Origin: Stegostoma tigrinum
Lineage: Eukaryota
Reading direction: 5' to 3'
NCBI RefSeq assembly: GCF_030684315.1
Contig: NC_081389.1
Span: forward strand, 11,821,048-11,885,047
DNA length: 64,000 nucleotides
Notes under the pieces: generated by a model
Seen by the model: only the letters and a program-made list of their open reading frames with translations
Told to the model about the DNA's origin: nothing
Database searches by the model: none
Program-made: the position numbers and the translations under genes
Part shown: positions 50,141-63,359 of the stretch, in pieces
Numbering within the stretch: position 1 is the stretch's first letter
How the letters are laid out: every line of letters begins with the position of its first letter

Positions 50141-50939
50141 CTGAAGTTTATTGTGTTAGTCCTTGAATAAGAAGAGAATAGTGCTTAGACTCAGCTGTCT
50201 TTGTAGACACTGCTGGAAGACAAATCATAACAAGTCATTGTGTTAAGTTCATTTATAATCTTGTAAGTACTTTGCCAACATTCCTTGAATGAATGTGAAG
50301 GTCAGCATTTATTATCCACTTCTGATGCATCACGCCCACTTTCCTGCTGCTTACTCACAACTATGACTCCCCTACTGGTCAAGAATCTACCTCAGCCTTA
50401 AATATAACAAGGACTCAACATTCATAATTCTCCTTTAGGAAGGATTTCCTCAGACTCTCAATCCTGAGAGAAGAAATCTAGAAATCCTCTGAGGAAGAGG
50501 ACACCAAATTTTAATGAAAACATTGTGCAACATTAGTTTTAGTATGTTCATTAATGACCTCTCCTTAATGGGAGTTTCACGTCATCATTTATTCCTCGTG
50601 GTTTAAATGAGCATGAACATTTTCCCATTCAGCTCTCTATTAAAGCAGTTTTGATTGTCTCATCTTCCCCAAGACTGAATTAAGGTAATGATGATGAACT
50701 TACTTGAGGAAGCGATTAAAATCTTTATTAGAAAGTAACCCATCTTCCCACTTTCATGGCTTACCTTGGCTGTACAATCAATGAATTCTAGAATTTCGCA
50801 GAGCTGAAGGAGGCCATAAAGAAGGGTCACTGGACCTGAATGAGTTCTGAAGAAGGGTCATTGGACCTAAAACATTAACTCTGCTTTATCTCCAGACCTG
50901 TTGGATTTCTCCAGCAATTTTCTGTTTTTGTTTCACTAG

Positions 50940-51505
50940 AATTATCCCCTGAAAAAGCGGGAGTGTCTTGTGAGCAAAGGTTAAACAGGTTGGGGGCGCT
51001 ACTCATTCAGATACAGTAAGAACTGCCAATGCTGGAGTCAGAGATAATACTGTGTGGACCTGGAGGAACACAGCAGGCTAGGCAGCATCAGAGGATTTCT
51101 GAAGAAGGGTCCTAACCCGAAACGTCAGCCTTGCTGCTGTTCTGATGCTACCTGGCCTATTGTGTTCCTCCATACTGTTATATCTGGGACTCTTCTTATC
51201 ATTTAGAAGAATGAGTGATGATCAGTTGAAACGTACAGGATTATTAAAGGGCTTAACAGGCTAAGTGCTAAGAGGATATTTTCCCTCCTGAGAGAGTTGA
51301 GAACCATAGTCTCAGAATAAGGAAGCCCCAATTTAAGACAAAGATAAGGAGGAATTTCTTCTCTCAGGATTGAAAATCTGAGGAAATCCTTCCTAAAGAG
51401 AATTATGAATGTTGAGTCCTTGTTTATATTTAAGGCTGAGATAGATTCTTGACCAGTAGGGGAATCGTGGTTATGAGGAAGTGGCTGGAAAGTGGGCTTG
51501 AGGCA
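50940..51505 (+). mobile_element. CR1 LINE 3' fragment interrupted by a Penelope-derived hairpin element
   Basis: tttagaagaatgag..atttaagacaaagataaggaggaatttcttctctcag..tttaaggctgagatagattctt. Confidence 0.7.
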
Positions 51506-54150
51506 TTAGAAGTCGATAATAAATGCTGACCTTTGCCGACATTACTTGAATGAATATGAAGTACTTGCAAGATTATAAATGAACTTAAACACGATTTATG
51601 ATTTGTCGTCTTCCTTATGGAGTTCCTCTCTCGTGTTTATGCGACAGTGTACCTATTCCTTTCTTGTCCAAGACAAATTGGATCTACCTACTATTCCCTC
51701 CCTGTAGTGGCAGCAAGTTCACCTATCCCAACTTAAAAAGTCAAGCGAGACTGTTTGTTTCTCAAGATATAGCAGGCATGGTTGCGTGCTAGAGATTGCA
51801 TTTGTATAGTGATATTAATATAGCGATACATTACAAGGAGCTTTGCTAGAGCTTTATGACAAAATGTAACACTGCGTCACATCAAGATGTTACAACTAAT
51901 GGCAAATGTGCGGCCAAAGAGGTTGGTTTTCAGTCCTTGTACAGAATCCGGGAGAGTTTGCAACTTTTCCCTGGTGGTACTGTGGGGAAAATGCGTTGGT
52001 TTTGCACTTAGGGACCACAGAGAACTGGGATGGATTCAGAATTTGCTTCCACTCTGTATTGTTGACTAATGATGTGGGGTGAACCATGAACTGTTTGCTT
52101 TTGGCTGTTGGATAAACAAAGCTAATAATTAGTTCAAACTTCATGATGGATATACCACTTAGCCTGCTGTTGCAAGCTTCCATCAGTTTTTGTGTGTGAG
52201 ATGTCTCTGGTTTAGAGCAATTACCATTCACAGTATGAAGCAACTAAAAGTGCAGGAGTGGGAAGCATTAAATGTCTAACATTAAATATGGTGTTATGCC
52301 TACCATAAAACATTAACTCAAAGCAAAAAGGCTACATTCAATTTTAATTCCAATTGAAATGAATAGTAAACAAAGAATCAAGTAAATAAAATGTATCATT
52401 AATTTCCGCAAGATTATAGTCAGTCCAACTTTATTTAATTTGAATTAAAACCTCCCAAATCTCTCGCTGCTACTATCTACTCATTGACCACCAGTTGCTG
52501 CTATTGTGGTGATCATCGGGTGGTTTTAAGTTGAAGACTAAAGGATGTTTCAAACTTGCCACCTCTCTGATTCTCATCCCGCCTTTAAGATATGCCTTCA
52601 AATCTATTTCATTAACCAAACCTTGTGGTGACCTTCGACCCAGGACCTGTACAGTAAAGGGACATTTTTAATTTCCTTGAAATGCCAGTGGAATCTGAAA
52701 TTGGATTGAAGAATGCTTGCAAAGGAAAAGTTTGAGTTTGCATCAGTTATAAAGGGATCAATTATAATTTTCATTGGCTAATAAGAAATATCGGTCCAGG
52801 TGTCCTGAAGACCTGTAACCTGGATGCAGTGCCGACTGGGAGGAAGCTGAGAAAGAAATGTTATAGTGGAATACAAAAGAGAGATGGAGTGGGAGATGGT
52901 GACCCGCACATGAGAAGACAAACTTCCTGCCATAAAGAACAAAGGAGAGCTGCAGAAGAGAGAACATAGCAAGCATATTTACAAGGAGTTGTGTAATAAA
53001 GCTAAACAGCGTAGATATCTGGTGGTAGGGAATCGGACAGTTTGACTGCTCCTGTTTCAGTTCTGCCAGAGCTGTCCAGACAGTGTAACTGGATGTATTA
53101 AAATGGCTTTATACAATCTCTCAGGAATCCATCACATCCTTTCTTTTCGTTCTCCTGTAAAACTCGACAGGAGTGTGCATTTTAGGTAACAACAAAGTTT
53201 GGCAGCCTCAGATAGAATATGCTTGGAGGTAAATGTAATTCAAGAGCCAAATTGACTGAGTGAAAAGGTGAGATAACAGGTGAGTTGGAGAACTTTGGGG
53301 CATCTTGTGGTGTGTTTCATCTGCCGGGAATGATGTGCGTGTCATTGACTTTGTCAAATATGGTTTTGTTGTATGGCGAAATTAACTTTGTATGGATCGT
53401 GTACAAGGCAATTCAGGATAATGTGTACAAGCCGAAAGAATGCTGTAAATCAGAAACAAAAACAAAACTTGCTGGAAAAGCTCGGCAGGTCTGTCCATAT
53501 CTGTGAAGGGAAACCAGAGTTAATGTTTGAGGCCCAGTGACCCTGACTGAAAAGGGTTCTTCAATAAATCTTGGGTACTTTTTGGTTTATGCTTATCCAG
53601 TGATGATTGTAACACTGTCGTAATGTGCCTCACTGTTCAAATATTAGTGTTATTCTGAGACACTATGGGACTCATACTTATTGCAAAGGGCCATGTAAAT
53701 CCAGGCTGCTGATATTGTACATTTGAGGAATTTGATACAGGTTATGAGGAAAGACTGGGAATCATGACCTTGTTAAATTCGGAAAGGAACTTTCTAGAAT
53801 GTGATCTTTTCAAATATTCAAAACAGTTAATGAGGATGAACAAAATAAATTTGTCATTTTGTTTTGAGAATTGGATAATGAGTATGGATTCACACTTTGC
53901 ACAGGTATATCAGGAACCTAATTCTCATAGATTGAAATTTTTAGAAGTGAAAACTTTCAAATAAATTAGAGAATTGATTTTATAGGGCCATAGAGTTCTG
54001 CAGCACAGGAAAGGGCCCTTTGGCCTATTGTATCCATGCTGGCCAGAATCAGCCACCAGACTATTCTAATCCCACATTAGTTGAATTGAGACTCCACCTG
54101 CTGTGGTGACTTAAAATGGAACGAATGACCTTCATTCATAGACTGGGAAT

Positions 54151-54505
54151 CGTAGAATTCAAAGAACAGAATCCCTACAATGTGAAAACAGGCCATTTAA
54201 GCTCATCTATATCCTCCGCAAGGTCCGATCCTCAAAGAACATCACACTCGGACCGACCCCCCTACTTTATCCCTGTAACCCTGCATTTTCCATGGCTAAC
54301 CCACCTAGCCTGCACCTCCCTGGACACTTTGGATTGGCCATATTAAATTGTCACTGAACCTGCACGTCTTTGGACTGTGGCAGGAAACCGGAGCACCTGG
54401 TGGGAAGCCTCGCAGATGCAGGAGGAATGTGCAAACTCCACACAGACAGCCGCCAGAGGGTGGAATCGAGTCTGGGTCCCTGGCATTGGCTAACCACTGA
54501 GCCAT
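54151..54505 (-). mobile_element. HE1-type SINE
   Basis: ctttggactgtggcaggaaaccggagcacc..tgcaaactccacacagacag..ctaaccactgagcca. Confidence 0.82.
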
Positions 54506-56172
54506 AGTTTGTTACATATTCCGAAACAATCCTAAACCATATGAATTATTAAATTTTCTTATAAATCAATTTAATATAACCAAGCACAGCAAGACAGTGG
54601 TCTGGTGCAGATAATGCATTTAATGTCAATTAGTGAGCTTAAAAATTCATAAAACCTGCATAAGGAAGTAACTAGCTCTATCTGTGTTGGTGTTCAATGT
54701 ACGACTTGGCTCATCACTTCTAACCCCATTTCCCTACCCTTACCATCTAAGATTATATATTATTTTCAAATGTTAGTGTGCAACTCAACTTCTCACATCC
54801 ATCTTGGCATGAGGCAAGTTGAAGAGCTGAAGAAACCGTTTGTGCTTGAGGGCACAGGAGATGTATGACTTCAAACGGATGTGGATCTTTTATATAATTG
54901 CTATGTTTCTGATTTTTTTTGTTGCTTTTCTGTCCTCCACAACTCACTAGGAGTCTTTCTTTTCCACAATCTCAGCTTCAAGACTCGGCAGTGAATAGGT
55001 TGAGGACAGGGTGAAGTTATATATAGATTTATGCTCCTAGTTAGTACTCTTGTCTATAATCCGATGATGAATGCACTAATGTATTGAGTCAAATAACGTA
55101 ACTGATTGCCATGATTAAATGCAAACATTGGTGCAGCAGTTTACTTGGACCTGTTATCAAATGTAGTTCTCATTAATAGTTATCTTTATTTCCAGTAATC
55201 ACGGCAAACATCTCCATATCACTCTACAAACAGGTGCCTTTATCAATGCATTTGTTTGCCCTTGTGCACTGTGCCTCTGACTGTTCTCACAATTCATTAA
55301 TCTTTGCAATGTCTCCATCGTAAATTTTACACAGGTTCTAGATATCTGATGTGCTGCTAATTTTGGAGAAGGCTATTTGAGTGATAAATTAGCTTATTTC
55401 AGGGCAGTGACAGTTAATGACTCTCTTCACCTGAAGAAGCCTTGCAGAGATTGTGGCTTTGAAATTTTAGTCTTTAATGGGAATCATGCATGCACCATAG
55501 AATAGTGTGCGTGGAACTCGAGTAGTTAGTGTTCTGCTTCTGATTTTTGGCTGCGGCTTTTAGAATATAGCCATCACTGTTGAAATAGTCAAGATCTGAA
55601 AGAGATACTTCTGATAGGTTGAGGTAAAAATATTTCTTCGGCTTGGGAATGACATGAGTTTAATGTCTCCTACAGTTTCCACAGCTTTTTAGTGCTCCAG
55701 TTTTGGGCTAGTATAATAGCCAGTGTCCATCTCCTTTACCCCAAAGACAGGTGCAGTGTGTTCGGGAAAGAGGCCATTCTGTGTGTAGCTTTTGGAAAAT
55801 TGTTGCAGATCAATTTGACACAGACAGGAAAGGTTTAGAAGGAAATGAGCTGTATGCAGGCAAGTGGGATCAGTTTAGTTGGGAAAACCTGGTTGGCACA
55901 GACTGATTGGGCTGAAAGGCCTGTTTCCATGCTGTATGAATTTATGACTCTTAGACTGATCGTAATGGCTGCTCCCTGAGCAGGGTAAAATTCTCCATCT
56001 ACTCAAAATGCAGGAATGTTCCCCCTTGACCTGTTCTGGGTTATTTGGGTTGTAAGCATAACAAAAAAAAAAAGGCGTCACTTTCAGAAAATGCTTTTCT
56101 GGAAAATTTTATACAAGTGTTGTCCTCTCTTTGAGGTGATACACTTAAAGTCAAAACTACTGAGCTCCCTCA

Positions 56173-56536
56173 GGGTGACATGTTAGCTCAGCGGTTAGCA
56201 CTGCTGCCTCACAGTGCCAGGAAAGTTGGGTTCGATTCCATCCTCGGACAACTGTCTGTGTGGATTTTGCATGTTCTCTCTGTCTCTGTGTGTGTGTTTC
56301 CTTCTGGGTGCTTTTGTTTCCTTTCACAGTCCGCAGGTGTACAGGTTCGGTGGATTGGCATTGCTAAATTGCTGTACAGTGTCCAGGGATGTGCAGGCTA
56401 GGTGGATTAGCAGGATTACAGGGTTAGGCCATGGGGGTGGATCGGGGTATGTCTGGATGGGATGTTGTCCAGAGGGTTGGTTGGGACTCAATGGGCTGAA
56501 TGGCGTGCTTCCATATTGTAGGGATTCTATGATTCT
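56173..56536 (+). mobile_element. HE1-type SINE
   Basis: Same head, core and tail. Confidence 0.85.
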
Positions 56537-58136
56537 CTCTTGCCAACAGCACTGTGGGTGTACAAACTTGAGCTGGACTGCAGTCATCCAAGAAGGCAGT
56601 TCATCTCCAAGTTCTTGAGGATGCCAACATCTCAAGGACAAATTAGGAGATCGGTAAAGAATAAAATGTGCAAAATTACTGCCACGAGGCGGGAGAATGG
56701 CACACAGAGCATTGCTCATTTGGAGTGTTATTGCAGACATGTTGGGCTGAATGGCCTCCTTTTGTGCTGTATCAATTCTCTGATTTTATGAAAATAATTA
56801 AATACAGTGGTGGAAGGAACTCTCCAGTGATATCTTCCACTGCTGCTCCTGCTGAATTCTTCCTCTAGAGGCATCATTCCTTCCATTAAAAAGCAGTGTG
56901 AACCAAGGGAGTACAGCCTTAAAATTAGGGCTAACCTGATGAGGGGTGGTGTCAGGGAGCATGTCAACAGACAAGGGGTGATAGAAATCTGGAAGGCTGT
57001 TGCTTCTCAAAATGCTATTGAGGTTGGGAGAGGGGTCAGTTGAAAATTCCAAACTTCAGATGGAGTTCTAGTTTGTCACAGGATTATCAAACTAATAAGT
57101 GTGGATTTTTAAAAGGGATGGGATGTGGATGCCATTGGTGAGGTCAGAATTTGTTTCCTGTCCCAAATTGCCTGTGAACTGACTTTCTTGCCTGAGCAGT
57201 TTAGTGTACAGTGGAGAGTCAACCACATTTCCACTAGTCAGGAGCTATGTGCAGGCCAGTCCAAGTAAGGAAGGAAAATTCTCCCTAAATAGATGGCGAT
57301 CTTCCATGACTCAGTTGAATGGCAGCCCAGTCTTGAGGGCCAAATGGCCCATCCCCAGTCCTATAAACTTTACCAGCTGCATTTAACAATGACTATTATT
57401 CTAAATTTTCCAACTCCATACCAACTTATGTAGGTGCTCAAGGCAGCAAGTGCTGTGGGAACTAACAATGTGGAAGAAGGAGTGGAGAACAGACTTGCAT
57501 CTTGATGTTTAGACAACATCAATTGCTTAACAGACAGATCAGTCACAGGACCAGCTGATCTGGGAAAAAAAGTAGCTAAAGAACTCAGCTGTTTTTCATA
57601 CCTAATTTTAAACTAAGTCACTTGAAGAATTAACTGTGGAAAAGCCTTGCAGAGGGAGAGAGACACTTGAGAGAACAAATTAGGTTATATTGTATACGCA
57701 AGTACCAAAGTACAGGAGTAGAGTGAAAAGTGTACAGCCTCCCCGCACACAATGCCACCTTAGGAACAAAGTAAAAACTGAAACTGCTGATGCTGTAAAT
57801 CAGAAACAAAAAGAGAAATTACTGGAAAAGCTCAGCCGGTCTAGCAGCATCTGTGGAGAGAAATCAGAGTTAACGTTTCGGGTTCAGTGACTTTCCTCAG
57901 AACAGACCTGCAGAGCTTCTCCATAAATTTCTGGTTTTCTTAGGTACAAAGTACAAATCTTGGGTAACAAAATAGATTAGGTACCAAAATAGAGAAATAA
58001 AGAAAAAAGTTAAAAGTCCTACATTACAGCTCTTTGTAGTATAAATTAGGAAAATAAAGAAATAAAGTCAAAAGATTTAACATTACAGTTCTTCTATAGT
58101 TGTCAGTCACTCCATTTGTACATGTGCGTGGGGCCA

Positions 58137-58201
58137 AGCCCCTGCCGGGCTCGCTATCCCCTGCGCTGGGCGAAGCCCTTGCCGGGCTCGCTATCCCCTG
58201 C
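58137..58201 (+). repeat. GC-rich 2-copy tandem repeat
   Basis: tgccgggctcgctatcccctgc occurs twice (about 58142 and 58180). Confidence 0.85.
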
Positions 58202-60334
58202 TCACTGTTTGTGACAAGCTGATCCACTGACTGCTAACTGCCTCCCTCTGGGCTCAGTAGCATCACATTCAAGCCCTTTTTGAGTCCATTCATAACACTG
58301 CATTTTATTGTGACCAACCCATTGTTTATACTTAAGAATTTAAACTTTGAGTGCTGCTGAAAAGGACACATTTTCATTCAGTCAGCACCCTATTCTCGTA
58401 TATTGTAGAATGTGGTTCCCCTTTTACATTGGTCATTTTTGTCAAATGTTCTGATGAGTCCAAGATTAAAAACCTGAATGGAACATGTCTTTTATCAGTG
58501 TATCTTTTATCCTTGTCCTGCACAACCAAACAACATCTTTAAAGGTATCTGAAAGGATACATGAAGTTGAGGCTTATTCAAGAAAAAAAATGCAAGAAAA
58601 CTGCTTAGAAAAGAAGCACTTATTTATACAGCGTGACTTGACGGTTGGCTTGGGGATACGGTGGAAACTGTCAGCTGTCAATCTTTGCCCAGGTTGAGTT
58701 TAAGCAGTGAATAGATCAACTTTGATCACCTAGATTCAGACTACGGGGTTTGCATTGTCATTCTAGATCATGGCTGATCATCTCCTTTATGCCATTTTGC
58801 AATACTATTCCATATTCCCTAACGCCCTTAGTTTGCAGAAAACTATGGATCTCTGTTTTGCATGCCCTTTTCTTTCTTTTAACTGCCTTGCAAATAATAA
58901 TGTAACTCCGAAAGAACAAATTCACAGAAGTTAGCTAACAAATTGATAAATAAATTAAAGCCAAAGTTGGAGGCAAATGCTGGCACATTACTGAAGTGTA
59001 ACGCACCAGAGACAAATTCTAGTCTATAATTTCAGGTCAGTGATTGTTCAAGTTCAAAAATATTTTATCTTTTGACTTTGTTCTGCAAACCTGGTCAGGA
59101 TCCAACTATATCAGTGGCATGGTGAGTAATATTCACACCACACAAATGCAAAGTGATGAACATTTCTAGCAAGTGAAGGTTTTATCATTTCCGTTTCACA
59201 TTTAGGAGCATAATCATTGTCTGCTTTGCTACCACTAACATCTTGGGGGTCACCATTGATCAGGAGCCCCCTCCCCAGTAGCACTTTGGGAGTACCTACA
59301 CCACACAGACTTGCAGCAGGCCAAGAATCAGGCTTATGGTCATAAAATCAATAAATTTAAGGATGGGCATCAGATACTGGCTGGGCCAACGTTATGTTCA
59401 CGATTAAAGAAAAGTTTTGTTGCACTTCCAATAGAATTAAACTGCCTAGCTTTAGAGCATAACTTCGTCTCTCAGTCAGATTTGGTTGTGAGTTTAACAG
59501 AACGTTTTTGTAGTACTGAGGAACTGCAGCATTGTAAGAACGGTATGACAGGTTGGCACAACATCGGCCGAAGGGCCTGTACTGTGCTGCAATGGTCTAT
59601 GTTCTTAAGAAGTACCTACTTTTGGATCTGCTTTTCACCTGACACCTGTGAAATGAGTAAAAAGGAACTCAGATTTAACCTTTATATCCCTGGGGCATCT
59701 CAATGCATTTCTGTTTGTGAATTGTCTACTGCAACCCAGTCACTATTACTGCATAGACGGTAATGAGAGATACCATATACTATTTGAAGAAAAGGAGCAA
59801 GTTTTCTGTTTCCAAGGTAATGTTCTTCTCTCAAGGTTCACCACTAGGAATCTAATAAATGGGTCATTCCATTGTGTGATAGTTCGTGACCTTGCAGTGT
59901 ACAACTTGGTTGTATATGTCATCTACACAATGCTATTGGTTTTGCTTTCTGGAATGCCTTTGCTGAAGATGGGATTATCAATGAAATGCCCACTATGGTT
60001 CATTGCAGAATGGGACAGCAAATACTGGTATCGTCCAATGATGCCCATTTCCTAAGAATGAACTTTTTAAAAAAAAAGTTAAAATTAATTTCATAAGACT
60101 ATAAGGAATTGGAACACTGAGGCCATTCAGCCTCTCAAGTCTACCCTACCTTTCAAAAGAATCCTAGGTAGTCTGATGTTCTTCATGTCCACCTTCTTGC
60201 CCCTTCCCCAGAACCCTTGATTCTCCCACTAATCAAGACTTTATCCATCTTAGATTTAAATATATACAAGGACTCTGCTTCCATAGCTGTCTCTCACAAG
60301 GAGTTCTAAAGGCACTCAACCATCTGACAAAAAT

Positions 60335-60670
60335 GGGGAGGTGATGGCTGAGTGGTGTTTTCACTGGACTATGAATCAAGAGACCAATCTAATGTTCTGG
60401 TGGCTTGGGGTTGAATCCTACCACGGCAAATGGTGGAATTTGAATACAGTAAGAATCTGGAAATAAGAATCTAAAGATGATCATGATTCCATTGCTGACT
60501 GTTGGTAAAAACCCATCTGGTTCACTAATGTCCTTTAGAGAAGTAAACTGCCATCCTTACCTAGCCTGGTCTACATGTGACTCCAGACTCTCAGCAATGT
60601 GGTTGACTCTGAACTACCCTAGGTATAGGTAACAAATGCTGGCCTAGCCAGGAATACTCTCATCCCGTGA
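60335..60670 (+). mobile_element. Second tRNA-headed SINE family (core aaacccatctggttcactaatgtcctttag..tgactccagac)
   Basis: Best-preserved copy, nested in a CR1 end. Other copies at about 1510-1790 (+), 22365-22630 (-), 36130-36450 (+), 41185-41500 (-) and 57115-57290 (-). Family name not assigned. Confidence 0.75.
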
Positions 60671-61399
60671 CTGAATGCAAAAATACATAAATCCCTCCTT
60701 ATCTCATTCTTAATTTGGCACCCCTTTATTCTGAGTGAAATGTTTTGAGTTCAATATGAGCTGAAAATCATCATCCATTATGGCAATTGTAGCTATAGCT
60801 GCCATCCCTAAACCTCATCAAATTTACCAAGCACGTTTATTGTGTAGGAAAACTGCTAAATAATTTTATAGCAAAGTTACTTTCATGGAGCAGTTTAGCT
60901 TTACTGATTTTTATGGATGATAAAAATTCTACAATTATACTTCCCCCATGGTTATCCCTTCTCTTTGGCACTGTTTGTGTTGCAATGTTGAAAGCAAAAC
61001 CCTCTCCCATTGCTAATAGTTGCTTTGCTTCAACGCTGAAACAAGCACAATATTGCATTCAATTTATACAGAAGATACAGCTGAATCAAAGTCAATAAAT
61101 GCAAAGTGAGAAAGGAAGATTTGCATTTGTAGCAAACTTTCATAAACTCAGCACCTCCTGAGGCATCTCACCGGCAATGATTACAACAGTCAGGTGTGTT
61201 TGAAATGTAATGTCAGAATTGCTAGAACCCAGCTTGTATGCACTGAGCTCTCACAAACAGCTAATATGTTCGTGACCAAATAATTTCTCCTTGTGATGTT
61301 GCCTGAGGGATAAATATTGCCTAGGAAACTAGAGAGAACATACCTGCTCTTTCTAATTAGTGCCATGGCATCTTTTATACACCTTCCTTATAAATCAAA

Positions 61400-61690
61400 G
61401 TTCTGAACCGAAAGCAGAAATTGCTGCAAAAGCTCCATAAGTCTGGCAGCATCTGTGGAGATAAATCAGAGTTAATGTTCCGGTCGACTGACGCTTCCTC
61501 AGAACTGATGGTGGCAATTTAAACAGAGTCATTTTCCTAGCTACCATCAGCTCTGACGAGGGGTCCAAAATGTGAACTGAAATGTTGACTCTTGATTTCT
61601 CTCCTCGTTTGCTGCCAGGCCAGCTGAGCTTCTCCCGCAATTTCTGTTTTCGTTTTCTGATTAACAGCATCCACAGTTCTTTTGGTTTTT
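61400..61690. mobile_element. Palindromic Penelope-derived mini-element
   Basis: Inverted arms aaagcagaaattgc../..gcaatttctgtttt, plus inner arms ctgatggtggc/gctaccatcag. Confidence 0.8.
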
Positions 61691-62263
61691 AAATCGAAGT
61701 CCAGCCTGCCTTAGCATCTCATTCAAGGGCTACATCTCCAATTATGCTGCACTACTCCATGCACCTCTGGGAGTTTCAATCTGTATTGTGTCCTGGTCAA
61801 AGTTTATCCTTCAGCCAACATGAACAAGCAAACAAATTCTGTGGCCACTATCACATGGCTGTTTGTGAGACCTGCATTCCACAGAGCATCACACTTCCTA
61901 CGTTAGCCTTACGAAATTAGCTGTAAAGCTCAGTGGGATATGATGCTGAAAAGAAGATCTGTTATCAAAGCTGCTTTTTTCACTTATTAGGACAAATGAA
62001 AGAATGCGAAAATTTGAATGATCACCACAATTTATACTATAAGGGTAAAGGATAATGATTGGTTAGCAATGTCAGCTCTGTGGCGTTGCCATGGAGAAAT
62101 CAGACTTCAAACACTGCATTCTTGTGTTTGTCCTGATCAGTGAAAGAGGAAATCTTTGGGAATGTGTCTTTTTTTTTTGGGATATTGTGAGCTCGTAAAA
62201 GACCCAATATAAATGCAAATCTCATCTGTTTGTATTGACTGACATTTGCGAATTGGATGAGAT

Positions 62264-62287
62264 TGTCTGTCTGTCTGTCTGTCTGTC
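62264..62287 (+). repeat. (TGTC)n microsatellite
   Basis: tgtctgtctgtctgtctgtctgtc. Confidence 0.9.
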
Positions 62288-63359
62288 AGTCATCTTATGT
62301 TTACAAGGTTCACTCCGTTCTGCAACTGCAAGTTGGGGTTTGTGATCCTAATATTCTGAAGGAAAACAAAATTCCATCCTAAAGATTGGTCACTTATAAC
62401 GAGCCTTCAGTTGGCTTGTGTTAGTTTGCCTTTTGTTATGACTAATTCAACATGCAATTATATCTGCAATTTTGTACCGGCCTCAAATTTATATCTCATT
62501 ATTTGCCCAGAATGAATACATTCTGGTTCCTGATATGCTTTGGCAAATTCACTTTTCATTTCCAATGACCCTGTAAGACTTGCCATCTAATTCCAAGACA
62601 ATTTCAGAAATGTATAGGGTTCTGAGGTACTTTTCAATACTGACCCCACACAGGGAAAATTTCTGAGCATTGCACACTTGAGGGAAATTGGAGAACTGCA
62701 TGGTCAGGGTAGCAATGTGTTGTGTATCCGTTCAGACTATTCACACCATGAGCTAATTTGAATCTGTGATCGACCAAGACATTGGGATTCTAACCAGATG
62801 TTCAGCTCAGTGTTAAGTGTTTGGTTTATGAGCAGAGAATGATCGGATAATCTCCAACTTGCTCACATCTATAAGCTGGGCTTTGGCATTGAGACCTGTT
62901 TGTTTGTCCAGTTCTCTAATGTTTAAGAAAGTCTCCAGCTGCTGTGTCGTTTGACTCTGTCTGTATATTAAAGGTGTGCATTAATGCTGTTATGCTGTCA
63001 TGCATCTGGAGAGTCAAGTCAACAGGCTGGGGATGACAGCTGACTAATTTTAGTGCTGTTCAAATTTGTCTTCCGAGGACACAAAACAAATGTCAGCACA
63101 CATTCAACTTGCCGTTCATTGATGGAACGTAAAAAAGCCTGATGCTTATGGTGTCTGTACAGTTTCTTATAGGCAGATGGTTTGAAATGCTTTCAAAGAG
63201 GGATTTGCATCTTTTACAAAATTGTAGGGAAGAATTATTTTTAATGTTTTTGTATGAAAAGGATACATTGGCAAGAACAGTTCATAAGAAACAGTGCATT
63301 GTAATTGTCCTTAATAATTAAATTTATGTAATTTAGGTGCATTTACAGACTGCTTCTGT

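Noticed and set aside
59311-60055. 150-aa and 112-aa ORFs
   Set aside because: They are stitched across several repeat fragments, with no domain motifs or splice support.
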